Assembly (NCBI GenBank): GCA_964016885.1
Contig: CAXHJY010000807.1
Span: 1 to 63,221 of the forward strand
Reading direction: 5' to 3'
From: Eledone cirrhosa
Lineage: Eukaryota
Length of the DNA stretch: 63,221 bases
Shown here: one piece after another, positions 16,807-30,445 of the stretch
Layout of the letters: every line of letters begins with the position of its first letter
How positions within the stretch are numbered: the first letter of the stretch is position 1
Notes under the pieces: generated by a model
What the model was told of the DNA's origin: nothing
Databases searched by the model: none
What the model saw: the letters and a program-made list of their open reading frames with translations, nothing else
Translations under genes and position numbers: made by a program

Positions 16807-16975
16807 AGTATTGGTAGAGCGTCAGACACCATGCTTTGCAGTATTGTTATGGTCCTTTGCATTCTAAGTTCAAATCCTGCCGAGGTTAACTTCGACTTTC
16901 ATACTTACTAATTCGATAAAATAAAGTACCAGTAATGGACTGCCGTAATGGATTTGTGCCGAAAAATAGAAACAC
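16807..16975 (+). mobile_element. SINE family A (diverged)
   Basis: gttcaaatcctgccgaggttaac...cgataaaataaagtaccagt. Confidence 0.8.
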
Positions 16976-17525
16976 TATTAATGTGCAATAAGAGCAAAAT
17001 ATAACGACATTGCTCAATTATTCTAATGTTGTAATAACACAAGGAAATGTTGTTTGTGTATTTTTTTTTATATTTGCTCATAGGCTTTTACAATTTCGCT
17101 CAGCCAACAACTATTAAAAAGTGAGTTGCTTAAGATAACAATTTAATCACAAATTGTTGCTATCTTTTAATACACTCCAACAAGTCATCAAATTATGTAC
17201 AATAAAAACAAATCTTATTAATTTGCTCAGGGAATATAAAGAAAATGTATATACACTGATAATTGCAATTGTATGTAAATATTTTGTTTTTGTATTGTTT
17301 ATTTTATGTTTTCTATTATGTATAATATATTGATTTAATATTGATTGTTTTTTGTAGTTGTTTATATTAAAAGTCTGAAAATATTTTTATACATCTTACA
17401 CTAATATTTATAAGATAATTTATAATAACAATTACATAATCTAATTACATTACAACGATAATTTATTATTAATATATATCCTCTTTAACTAGAGTTATTA
17501 CAAGCGTTGCCTTAAAAAAATATTA

Positions 17526-18481
17526 AACTAGACATGAAAAATGCGCAAGCTCAAAAGTGCCACAGAATGTTATAATAAACCTTCAAAAGTGTGGGACTAG
17601 AGTTGTTGCTAAAAAATATTGTAATCATTATATATCGTACATTCTGTGGCATCCTTTATAAAAATAGCTTAAACCAACGAAGCCTTTATTTTTACGCTAT
17701 TTCACTTAGTTAATTCTTAGAGTGTAACATATAAAAATAAATACATCTATGTTTAATGTAATAACAGCTATAAATAATTACGTAATATTATTATCATATA
17801 CTCATAGTAACAAAATAATTGTGTTGAAAATTAATATGATGCTTATATGAACGATCAAATCTATAATGATAATTTCTTAAATATACTAATAGTAAAATAA
17901 TTTAGTTATCTATTGTTACATTTTCATAGAACTATAATATTAACAATCGTATTGCATTATCAAATTTTTATCACTACAAACTTTCATATTGGAATTACCT
18001 TAAGCCACTTATTATTACTTCGCTTTCGTACTTTTACAGCTGTAGATATTGCGCTGTATCTTATATCTAATATCAATATCTCATGGTAATTTGCATGCAG
18101 TGTAAAATAGGTTTATTAATAACTTTAATATGAAATGTATTATACAGGGCTGCGGAGTCGGCCAAAAATTGACTGGCTCCAACTCAGGATCCGATATTCC
18201 CTTATTTCCTAAATTTCAGCTCCGCAGCTCTGTTATTATATTAATTAATTTATTTTATAGTTGTAAATCATATTTTTATATGTTACACTCTAAGAATTAA
18301 CTAAGTGAAATAGCGTAAAAATAAAGGCTTCGTTGGTTTAAGCTATTTTTATAAAGGATGCCACAGAATGTACGATATATGATTACAATATTTTTTAGCA
18401 ACAACTCTAGTCCCACACTTTTGAAGGTTTATTATAACATTCTGTGGCACTTTTGAGCTTGCGCATTTTTCATGTCTAGTT
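17526..18481. repeat. ~210-bp near-perfect inverted repeat pair (17526-17739 / 18271-18481); each arm has internal sub-inverted repeats tgccacagaatgt...acattctgtggca
   Basis: Direct reverse-complement comparison. Outer ends are ACTAG/CTAGT. Confidence 0.85.
18145..18232. mobile_element. hAT-like MITE (88 bp)
   Basis: TIRs cagggctgcggag / ctccgcagctctg; flanking 8-mers gtattata / ttattata (7/8 match, TSD-like). Confidence 0.6.
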
Positions 18482-18734
18482 AAATATGTACTTGTCTGGT
18501 CTTTCGATAGATCCACTTTATTTTTACGCCACTAATCGTTATTTGTATCAGTTAATATATGTCCACGTATGAATAAACACACAGCAATGTTTATAAATAC
18601 GTGTTTGATTGTGGCTCACTCCGTCACGTTTCTCGTTGCTTTTGTATAAGCACGCGTATCTTATTGTATTTTCCCTGCATGACGTTCTGATATATTGTGT
18701 AATGTATTAATGTATATATACGTATGGGCGAATC

Positions 18735-19335
<601 letters not shown>

Positions 19336-19346
19336 TCATCAATATT

Positions 19347-19421
<75 letters not shown>

Positions 19422-19533
19422 CGCCACCACTTCTTCGACTAAACACCACCACATGTCAAATCTTGGCATATCAAAGAATTAACAAGGTACACTTTTCCAC
19501 CATTATGTCTTCCTGTTTTTTTTTTCTGTTCTA

Positions 19534-19592
19534 GTTGTCTGATGAGGTCATAGCTGTTGAATAATGGTTATACCCGAAACATATATTGCAAC
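19534..19592 (+). ncRNA. Degenerate type I hammerhead (separate family)
   Basis: gttgt-CTGATGA-ggtc atagctgtt gaat aatggttat accc-GAAAC-atat-ATT-gcaac. Stems I and II pair; position 16.2 is mismatched. Confidence 0.55.
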
Positions 19593-19637
19593 GAATAGGA
19601 ATACACGAAGTTAATTTTAAACTGTTGATTTACATTT

Positions 19638-19691
<54 letters not shown>

Positions 19692-19969
19692 ATATAAGTT
19701 TATCCCGGGTTCCATCGGCGGTAACCACAGTAAGTAAGGTTCTCAATACAAAGCAGTTCTAGTCTTGTAGAAGCCTTTTCTATATTATATATATATATTC
19801 CTCATTAGTTGACTACTGGGAGTCTCGTATATTTCAACGCTTTAAAGGACCACCAGTAGATAACTGATGAGGACCTCCCCTTCCCCCACAGCTTCTTATT
19901 CCTATTTTTTTTAAGCCTACCTTTACTAGCAACTTCACAGCCCCCCTATTCTCTCTATCTTTCTTTCTC

Positions 19970-20006
<37 letters not shown>

Positions 20007-20795
20007 ATATGCATATCTGATGGTCCCTTTTCTTGGTATTGTAGAAGTACCTTGATTTGAGTAAGTGCTAGACAGCAATAATCTTAAGATTACAAATATT
20101 CCTATTTCTGATTGTCAGCAGGACTTCTCATTATCTATGTTTATGTAATTAAATATTGGGAGAATACTGCATTGCCTTAAGACGTTAAGTCAATTGCAAA
20201 TTAAAACACACTTAAAGTATAAGGCAGCCCTCTCCAAACTATTCTTTCTATTAATTCTGAGAACAATAATAATATTTTATCTCGCCCCAGTTGAATTGCG
20301 TTAGATGATAGAATATTTATAGGAAATTGACCCAAGTTCTCAAGAAAAGCTTGAAGCGACACAATTTGATAACACGTCTGAATAGTGAGATTGAAGTATT
20401 ACATTCAATTCCTCATGTGAGGGGTGTAAAGATAACTATGTGAAAACACATTACCATCTATGAATATGTTTATTCCCTATCGATTTTACACTAGGAAAAC
20501 AGGATATAAGCAACCTTGCATATGACTCACCGCGAATGAAAATCATAAGGTTTAAAGAAAGCTACAATGGATGAGCAATATATTAGTGCCAACGTGGATT
20601 AGAACTTTTCCAGGGACGTTTGAATATGGAGCTGTTTCATAGTAGTTGGGGATACCTCCAAGGATTTCATAAAAATACATGTCCGATCTAATGAATTAGG
20701 CTTCAGAAATGTAGTTTTAGTAGATTGGTTATAAAATATCATTAGACCTCTCTCTCCCTACCTTCTTGCAAAAACACCGCTGTTACATTGTGCAG

Positions 20796-20983
20796 ACTGT
20801 CTGTGTGTGTCTGTGTCTGTCTGTCTGTGTCTGTGTCTGTGTGTGTCTGTGTCTGTCTGTCTGTGTGTCTGTGTCTGTCTGTCTGTGTGTCTGTGTCTGT
20901 CTGTCTGTCTGTGTCTGTCTGTCTGTGTCTGTCTGTCTGTGTCTGTCTGTCTGTCTGTGTCTGTCTGTCTGTCTGTCTGTCTG

Positions 20984-21014
<31 letters not shown>

Positions 21015-21103
21015 GTCTGTCTGTCTGTCTGTGTCTGTCTGTCTGTCTGTGTCTGTCTGTGTCTGTCTGTCTGTCTGTCTGTGTCTGTCTGTCTGTCTGT
21101 CTG

Positions 21104-21142
<39 letters not shown>

Positions 21143-22007
21143 GTCTGTCTGTCTGTCTCTGTCTGTCTGTCTGTGTCTGTCTGTCTCTGTCTGTCTGTCT
21201 GTGTCTGTCTGTCTGTGTCTGTCTGTCTGTGTCTGTCTGTCTGTGTCTGTCTGTCTGTGTCTGTCTGTCTGTGTCTGTCTGTGTCTGTCTGTCTGTGTCT
21301 GTCTGTCTGTGTCTGTCTGTCTGTCTGTGTCTGTCTGTCTGTCTGTGTCTGTCTGTCTGTCTGTGTCTGTCTGTCTGTCTGTGTCTGTGTCTGTCTGTGT
21401 CTGTGTCTGTCTGTGTCTGTGTCTGTCTGTCTGTGTCTGTCTGTCTGTGTCTGTCTGTCTGTGTCTGTCTGTCTGTGTCTGTCTGTCTGTCTGTGTCTGT
21501 CTGTCTGTGTCTGTCTGTCTGTGTCTGTCTGTCTGTGTCTGTCTGTCTGTGTCTGTCTGTCTGTGTCTGTCTGTCTGTGTCTGTCTGTCTGTGTCTGTCT
21601 GTCTGTGTCTGTCTGTCTGTGTCTGTCTGTCTGTGTCTGTCTCTTTGTGTGTCTGCCTCTCTGTGTGTCTGCCTCTCTGTGTGTCTGCCTCTCTGTGTGT
21701 CTGCCTCTCTGTGTGTCTGCCTCTCTGTGTGTCTGCCTCTCTGTGTGTCTGCCTCTCTGTGTGTCTGCCTCTCTCTGTGTCTGCCTCTCTCTGTGTCTGC
21801 CTCTCTCTGTGTCTGCCTCTCTCTGTGTCTGCCTCTCTCTGTGTGTGTGTGTGTGTCTGTGTGTGTCTGTCTGTGTGTGTCTGTCTGTGTGTGTCTGTCT
21901 GTGTGTGTCTGTCTGTGTGTGTCTGTCTGTGTGTGTCTGTCTGTGTGTGTCTGTCTGTGTGTCTGTGTCTGTGTGTCTGTGTGTCTGTGTCTGCGTGTCT
22001 GCGTGTC

Positions 22008-22075
<68 letters not shown>

Positions 22076-22120
22076 TGTTAGTGTGTGCGCATGTGTGTAT
22101 GCGTGCGTGCGTGTGCGTGT
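20796..22120. repeat. (CTGT)n/(GT)n compound microsatellite with an 18-bp gtgtgtctgcctctct-like block
   Basis: Read directly from the sequence. The CLSV ORFs are artefacts. Confidence 0.97.
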
Positions 22121-22561
22121 TTGCGATAATTTATTTATTGAATCACCTGCTCAAGAATCTTTGTCACCTACCGCTCGAATTTATTCTTCGTTCTCACACA
22201 AACAGGAGAATTTTAATTAATCATGACGGTTCTTGCATTTGTCTTTCTTTATAGCGCCACATACTTGAAATATTATTTATTAAGCACAGCTGAGAGTCTT
22301 TTATGTTTTAATATATGTTCATTCTTGAATAAAAAAAATTATGGAAACGAGAGAAAAGGGAGATTCTAGGCAGCACTAAGGGCTAAATAAAAGATAATTT
22401 AGGAATCACCCTCAGCTGAAAATACTGCATTCGGTGACAGCTACAACTGTGTTTTTTTTTGTATTTCACAAATTAGTTTATTGTTGAAATAAATACGGAG
22501 TACGTGAAATATATTTTGGTTATGCGTAGTTCCTACCTGCCAGAGAAGAGTAGGACGTGGT

Positions 22562-22743
22562 AATAATTGTTTCTACTTTTGGCACAAGGCCAGCAATTAT
22601 CCCAGTGCATTACGGGTACTTCATTTTATCGACCCCGTAATGATGAAAGGCAAAGTTAACCTCGGCGGGATTTGAAATCAGATTGTAAAGGAGCGTAACT
22701 ATGCTGCAAAGTATGGCGTCCAGCCTTCTACCGGTACTGCCAA
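22562..22743 (-). mobile_element. SINE family A
   Basis: Near full-length reverse-complement copy. Confidence 0.9.
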
Positions 22744-22829
22744 TAATAATTTTCTGAGAGAGTAATAGGAAGTAGTTGAGTTTAGACTAATACGAATACT
22801 AACGTACTTCGTATGTAACGGATATGTAT

Positions 22830-22954
22830 CTATCTATCTAAGGCGGGTAAAATTCCCGAGATCCATGGACGAGTTCTCCCCAGCGGTCTCTGTCCCTCAT
22901 TATCGCTGCCATGTCCCGCGTCTCCAACAGACCAGTGTCTGTCCTTAGGGCATC
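22830..22954 (-). mobile_element. RTE-clade LINE extreme 3' fragment with 13-bp TSD
   Basis: Minus translation LRTDTGLLETRDMAAIMRDRDRWGELV; (AGAT)n tail; TSD aacggatatgtat at 22817-22829 and 22955-22967. Confidence 0.75.
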
Positions 22955-23789
22955 AACGGATATGTATACATAGTTGTAAAGGTGAGGATAAATATGGCTT
23001 TTCTCAGAATCTTTGTTTCGTCTGGCTCGATTTTAGCTTTGTGACAACATATTTCATTTCGCCAACTAAGATATGAAGACATATACCAAAAGCCATATAT
23101 GTCTCGTATAGAAATGTCATTTATAATTTACAAATAACAATGAAAATCATTAAAATCTCTACCTATATTTTCAACAACAACATAGTACCATATGAAAACA
23201 AAACAAAACTGAATAGTGTTCAAGTTCTTACTAATATTGTAATTTCCTATCTGACTACACCATGCTAGATATTAATGTAGAGTTTGTCCTAACATGACAT
23301 ATATTTTTGAGAAGGAGCCAAATAACTCATAAGTTTATTGTGAAACTAATATCAAACAGAAGGGAAGCATTGTTCCATGTTTCCTTAGGGACATTCTCTC
23401 ATTAATTCTATAATTTCTGACCGTTGCTTCTATGGCGGAAGTTGCTGAATTAACTGGAGTAGTTTAGTATATATATTAGGTCTAGTCTGATGGGGCTGCA
23501 GCCAATATTTAAATTAGAAACCTGTCACTGCTGCATCTTGGAATTATTGCAAAAATACCCACCTATACACATACCCACATCTGCACATACCGACATCTAC
23601 ACATACCTACATCTACACATACCTACATTTATGTCTGTGTGTCCAAATATCTTAAAATAACATTGGGTAGAATTTTTGTAAGTTTATTTCTCCCTTATAC
23701 ACACAGCGACAAGCCTGTAACACGCTCAAACACATATACAAACACATATACAAACACTCTCACATACACATCTATATACACAAATCGTG

Positions 23790-23847
<58 letters not shown>

Positions 23848-24399
23848 TCTAGAGTATATACACACACACCTCTAGATATATATTATATATATATATTATA
23901 TATATATATACACACTAGATATAAGAGACCAATCTATACACAAAGAAAATCCCTAGAGACAGAAGCTTTTTCTTGAAGCGAATACAAAATCAATCATTTA
24001 AATACTGGATTGTAAAAGAAAATGAACCGTCAAGATAACCCGTTTCACTAGCGGACTGGTAACAACTAAGGATTAGCTCAAACATTCCTTTGAGATGGAG
24101 AATACATGAAATGATGTAGGACAGAAGAAAGAAGGCACACACAATGACACCTTCACGAGCCCAAGGAATGCGTGACGAACGAGCTTTGACAATTAAACAA
24201 CCATCAAGTTATTACACCAACTGGAAACGTAATAAATTGAACTGAAAAATCCAGCAGGTGCGTGTGTATTTATTGACAGCATGACTCTCCCAAAGTATAA
24301 CAATATCTGTTTCAACACACGGTTTCAGTAAAGAAATCCTGCAAACACGAAATATCACCACACACACCGTACAGTGCGTTTCATTTCTCACGCTTACTA

Positions 24400-25210
24400 T
24401 GCCGAACACTGTACGGCTTAATTCGGGCTGTTTGTTTACAAACAAACCGAACATTATAATAAATGTTCGGTAAGCCCGTACGTACGTACATGTATGTATG
24501 TATGTATGTATGTATGTATGTATGTATGTATGTATGTATGTATGTATGTATGTATGTATGTATGTATTAATGCTTGTATGTATGTATGTATGTATGTATG
24601 TATGTATGTATGTATGTATGTATGTATGTATGTATGTATGTATGTATGTATGTATGTATGTATGTGTGTGTGTGTGTGTGTGTGTATGTGTGTGCGTGTG
24701 CGTGTGCGCGTGTGTGTGCATGTATGTATATATATATTTATACATACTACCGTATAAATATATGTATGTACGATTACATACTTATATTTTGGTATCAGCC
24801 GTACTAAGAGTGAGAAATGAAATTTCATTTCATTCTTTTCCATTTATCGTTTTCGGTACGCCCGACCGACTAACTCACTCGATATGCAAACTAGGCTGCT
24901 CAGCCGTTAATATGCATAATGAAAGTATATACTTTCAAACGTTCAATCATCTGACAGGAAGGTATACGATGATGACGATAGCTAATAAGCTTGAAACTAG
25001 TACATCGTTCCTTTGTCAGTGTTGAACAAAAGGCCGACGATATTTGCCGAACACTGTACGGCTTAATTCGGCTGTTTGTTTACAAACAAACCGAACATTA
25101 TAATAAATGTTCGGTAAAACCATACGTACACACACACATATATATATATATGTATATATGTGTGTGCATTTATGTATATATATACATACTACTGTACGTC
25201 TGTATACATA
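24400..25210 (+). mobile_element. HHR-bearing tandem repeat family (same as 55697-56490) with internal (TATG)n; this HHR copy has a C3A core change
   Basis: 24865-25125 matches 56103-56370. HHR at 24966-25008: acgatg-ATGACGA-tagctaataagctt-GAAAC-ta-GTA-catcgt. The 3' hairpin accgaacatt...aatgttcggt also occurs at 24447-24471. Confidence 0.7.
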
Positions 25211-25229
25211 TATGTATGTACGTATATTG

Positions 25230-25715
25230 GACATCCTGCAGGACTAAAAACAAAACCTGTCAAAGGGCAAAGGAGCTCGTAAGAGTCAATGGCCATCCAA
25301 AATCACCGGGAGAGATGACTCCTTAGCCTTTGTCAAGGCAGAATTCTAGGAGAAGGAAAACTCTGATATAACACCTGCAACTCTGATGGTATCCACTGAT
25401 GTTGACTTGTTCTTCTTTTTGGTAAATATCATCTCGGTTAAGAGAGTGGGACTGGCTTTGTGCAGTGCCTTTGCTCACTATAAAAGCTTCACGGCACAAG
25501 TATTGCTTTATATCTGGAGATCTCTCTGCACTTGTCACATGGTACCATCGGCCAAGCACTATGTGTCAATAATTGTCACAGGTGTCGTGTTTGTACCAGA
25601 GTTTTCAAGTCGCTGGCTGGACTAAAAAGTCACACGCGTTCAGCGCATCGGTAGGAGTTCTCCTACATGGATATAAAGTAGTGGCCGTACTCGAAAACGA
25701 GTTGGCAGCCACTAT
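25230..25715 (+). mobile_element. Internally deleted RTE (BovB-like) element
   Basis: RTE 5'-UTR-like ctaggagaaggaaaactctg; C-terminal C2H2 finger CRVCTRVFKSLAGLKSHTRSAHR* at ~25574-25654; short 3' hairpin and simple-repeat tail. Confidence 0.6.
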
Positions 25716-26477
25716 GTACGTACGTACGTATATATATATATAATATCTCTGAACATTACACAGCTTTTCAGTTTGTTTATTCTGAATCCTGATGTATTTT
25801 ATTGCTGTCTGACGCATGAATAATATTTTGATCATTCAGAATGCGACCGATATATAAAAAGGTGTTAATTGCATATGCAATAAATTTTAGAATCTGAAAA
25901 GCTTACTGATATTGGATAGATAGTAAGTAAGTATACTTATATTATTAACACTCATAAAATATATAGTTTTAAAATGTTTCGTCAATCATTGTAGATATTT
26001 GGTAGATACCATAGAGTAGATGGTTAGAACATTAATGTAAAATAATTATGATATGTTTTTAGATTTAAAAAAAAAATTGATTGCTGATGTATTGCAACGG
26101 TAATTAACAAATCGTGAGATTATTCCGGTCAGATGATATCCAGATCGTAAATATTTGATAGAATATTTCAAAATAGTTGCCTGTAAAATATCGATTTCGC
26201 AATTTGGTAGATATGTGATACCGATATCTCAGACTTCTTAGTTCTCCTCCTCAATTTCTCAATTCGTATTACATTTATATATATATTTTTTTTGTATTTG
26301 CTAATATGATTACTCCCGAATATATTTCACAGTAGGAAAAGTTTTTTCTCATCAATCTTGGGCAATGACTTTAAGAATACGCTGGCTAATACAAGCAGTC
26401 GAAATGGGAGCCCCACGAAGGATCTTTGGGGTTAATTTACTAGATATAGTGCGAAGCTCGCAGAAAAGAGAGTTACA

Positions 26478-26668
26478 CCAGACAGAGCCGCTAGTTCTCT
26501 GAATTGAGAGATCACAGCTCCGATACTATGAGCATGTGGTTAGAATGTCTCAGGAAAGATTCGCTGGACAGTCACTCCAGATAGAGCCACTACTTCTCTG
26601 AACTGATAAATCACAGCTCCGATACTATGGGCATGTGGTTAGAATGTCTCAGGATTGGATTGCTCGAG
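26478..26668 (+). mobile_element. RTE LINE fragment, tandemly duplicated (~2 x 100 bp)
   Basis: IERSQLRYY(E/G)HVVRMSQ occurs twice; inverted relative to 27618-27712. Confidence 0.75.
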
Positions 26669-27447
26669 ACACACACACACACGTGCGTGCGTGCGTGCGT
26701 GCGTGCGTGTACTTTGAAAGGGTCATGTTGCTAACAAAACATGTACCCGTTCGTGTTCACTTCAATTTGTTAAAAATTTCCGGTTGGTTGGTTCGATAAC
26801 CGGGAGGTTGTTTATATATTGCCAAAGCCCTTTCGTCACACATTTATTTGAAATATGACCCTTCCAAACTATAACAATATCTGTTTCAACACACGTTTTC
26901 AGATAGTCACTACTTTAAAACTGATAGCGAATGGTCTTCTAAATGTTTTTAATTAAACATAAGGTATATTGCCAAACTTACTATACATACATTCATATAT
27001 ATATATATGTATGTATATGTTGGAGATACGATTAAGAACCTTTTTACCTTTTTACTCGAAACTTCTTAGTACTTAACATCTCATGGCAGTCATGCGTGGT
27101 TTCAACCATGCCTCTGCCTAACTACGAGGCGAGCACCATTTGAAATAGCCATTGTTACATTAAGTTAGATAAATTGTAAAATCAAACATGTCTATATGAG
27201 TTCTTATCTTTGACCCGTCAAAAATACCTCCAGAAAGAAATATTGACTGTGTTTCTGACTTATGATAATCGATCGCAGATTAATAGAAATATTATTTCAA
27301 ATTAAACGTCAAGATTAGGCAAGTGAGAAATATCCCTCGTTTATATTGGAAATCTGCCGCTCCAACAAATTATTATGTAAGATTAACTTATATTTCTGTA
27401 GGTATATTCTATAAAATTGAACTTCTCCCCTCACATATTCCTGAGAG

Positions 27448-27712
27448 GCTCATGTCCTCAAACACCCCTTCCAGCGGGTCCTGTCAGATACAACCGTCTC
27501 CAACTGCTCCGACTGGATCCCCAAGCGTGACCAGCCAAGCACATGGATGTTAATCAACCATCTTGCTCGGGGTCTACCCCAGGGACTCCTACCTGTTGGT
27601 TTCGACCGTAAAATCTGTCGAGCAATCCAATCCTGAGACATTCTAACCACATGCCCGTAGTATTGGAGCTGTGATTTCTCAGTTCAGAGAAGTAGCGGCT
27701 CTATCTGGAGTG
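27448..27712 (-). mobile_element. RTE LINE 3' fragment
   Basis: QLQYYGHVVRMSQDWIARQIL..KPTGRSPWGRPRARW...VVSDRTRWK, a canonical RTE C-terminus. Confidence 0.85.
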
Positions 27713-27834
27713 CATATATATATGCACACACACACACATACATATATGCACACACACACACACATACATATATGCACACACACATACATATATGCACACA
27801 CACATACATATATGCACACACACATACATATATG

Positions 27835-27869
<35 letters not shown>

Positions 27870-28143
27870 GCACACACATATGCACACGCACACACATATG
27901 CACAAACACATATGCACACACACACATATGCACACACTCAAACACATGCACACACACACACGCATATGCACACACGCACACACACACATATGCACAGGCA
28001 CACATATGCACACACACATGCACACACACACATGCACACACACACATATATATGCGCACACACATGCACACACATATATATGCGCACACACACACACACA
28101 CACACATATATATGCGCACGCACATATGCGCACACACACACAT

Positions 28144-28176
<33 letters not shown>
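27713..28176. repeat. (CA)n/(CATA)n compound microsatellite
   Basis: Read directly from the sequence. Confidence 0.95.
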
Positions 28177-28276
28177 AAAAACAACCAATGGAATTTTGCT
28201 GTGTACCCTATTTACATATATATAGGAAAAACATCAAATGGAATTTTGCCTAGTTTTTTTTACATTGGATTTACAT

Positions 28277-28420
28277 TGGATTGGCTTTGTAGCAAAGAGT
28301 TACGGCCCTTTATGGTCTGGGTTCAATACCGCCGAGGTTAACTTTGCCTTTCATCCTTACGGGGTCGATAAAATATAGGACCAGTGGGATAATTGCTGGC
28401 CTTGTGCCAAAAGTAGAAAC
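28277..28420 (+). mobile_element. SINE family A
   Basis: B-box and body match the family consensus. Confidence 0.85.
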
Positions 28421-28428
28421 ATATATAT

Positions 28429-28588
28429 ATAATTGCTTCTATTTTAGGCACAAGGCCAGCAATTACCCAGTACATTACTGGTACTTTATTTTATCGACCT
28501 TGTAAGGATGAAAGGCAAAGTTAACCTTGGCGGGATTTGAACTCAGCTCATAAAAGGACGTAACTATGCTTCAAAGCATGGTGTCCGT
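28429..28588 (-). mobile_element. SINE family A, tail-to-tail with the preceding copy
   Basis: Reverse-complement copy separated by only ~8 bp of (TA)n. Confidence 0.85.
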
Positions 28589-29869
28589 TCAGAAGATCCC
28601 GTTAAGGGTGAAAGCAGCGATTCTTTGCTTAAACTTTAATCTGTTATTTTAATAAATATTTGCTCTACGGTTCTTATATATTTGATATATATTTTCCTTA
28701 TCGAGCCCTCTTTGGATTTTAGTCTTCAATTTTATTATTATTACTATATATATACATATATATATATATATACATACACAGTTCAAGAGTAACCATTCTT
28801 CCTTGTGAAGATTGTGGTCTTGTTTTGCTTAACTAATGAATATATATATATATATATATATATATAATGTCTGTAGATATATATAATATCTGTAATTCAG
28901 TGAATTACTGCTGGTGATACCAATAAAAATCTAATACATGTTAACGAAACTTCGTTTTTTCTAATATATATCTAATTATATATAATTATATATAATTATT
29001 TACAACAGTGAAATATACAGGTACTTAACCTGTTATATGAAATAAAAATGTTATAAAATAAAAATTATTGTATATAACATGCTGAATGATTTGGGGTGCA
29101 TAACCCAATGAAACCTACGTACTTGTATATGTCACTGTTGTAACATTCTCAATTCGTCCTATGAACTGAGAGCTCTTACGCTTGGATATTTCTACCAAAC
29201 ATAATATATATACATACATATTTTACTCTATATACATATAGACCATTGCAAGAATATCAGAGATATGGCATCAATGCATACACAGGATATTAAATTTGAT
29301 GTCGACTGCTGGGAGGTTTAAATTTAAGATATCTCTTTCTAGCTGACTTAGCTTACCACACGCTTTAGTATATATAATTAGCTGTTTCTAAGACAGGTGG
29401 AATGTCAGCTATTGATGGGAGGCGAAATTCGATTAAACTGACTCCAATAATTTACTACTACTTTATTTTATCGACTCCAGAAGAAGGGTGAAATGTACAT
29501 CTGAATTCGGCGAAATTAGAACCTAAAACGTCGCAACTAAATACAACAAATAGATTTCTTCGACGTTGGAAAGATTCCGTCAACTCGTAGCTCCTTTAAT
29601 CTGGGGGAGGGGAAAGGCGAGTAAATCGACCCCAGTGCCTTACTGATAAAAATTATTTTTTGTTTTGCCTTGTGCTTTGTTTGTGTTGGTTGTTTCGTAC
29701 TCTGCAATTTTCCTACGTTTATCATGTACATATGAATACACATATTCACACGTGGCCCCGACTTCACCAAAGGGAGCATCGCAGTAAAGTACTTAGAATA
29801 ATTGTTCTAAACTTTTGGCACGATTTAATTGCTGGCCTTGTGCCTATACTAGACATCCTTTTATATCAG

Positions 29870-30445
29870 TTGTGGCCCATTACGGTCTGAATTCAAATCC
29901 CGCCGAGTTTAACTTTGCCTTTCATCCTTACGGGGGTCAATAAAATAAAGTACCAGTAATGTACTGGTTAATTGCTGGCCTTGTGCCAAAAGTAAAACCA
30001 AATATTCATCTCTCTACGGCAGTGGATTGGAAGAAACCTTAGAACACTAAGCAAAATGTCATTACGACTTACAGTTATGGTCCTTTGCGTTCTGAGTTCA
30101 AATCCGTGGTTAGCTTTGTCATTCAACATTACGGGGGCGATAAATAAAGCACCAATAATACAATGGGGTCGATTTAATCGAATTTCCCCTCCCACCAAAA
30201 TTGTAGGCTGTGTACCTAAATCAGAAATCCTTATTTCTCTCCGGCAGTGGATTGGAAGAATACTTACACCGCTAGGCAAAATGTTTGCGGCATACAATTA
30301 CAACCCTTTTACGTTGAGTTCAAACCCTGCTGAAGCTTCCTTGGCCTTTTATTCTTACGGGATCGATAAAATAAAGTAACAGGGGTTGATTTAATAGACT
30401 CTGGCCTCCCCTTCATAGTGCTGGTCTTATATAAAATGTAGAAAT
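29870..30445 (+). mobile_element. Cluster of three tandem SINE family A copies/variants
   Basis: B-boxes at ~29890, ~30095 and ~30317, each followed by the conserved body. Confidence 0.8.

Noticed and set aside
20529-20688. Minus-strand exon-like segment (..PGKVLIHVGTNILLIHCSF*)
   Set aside because: Has AG/GT ends and a vaguely Ig-like pattern, but stops occur in all frames; too weak to call.
20766-22254. 400-490 aa CLSV ORFs
   Set aside because: Translations of (CTGT)n/(GT)n repeats.
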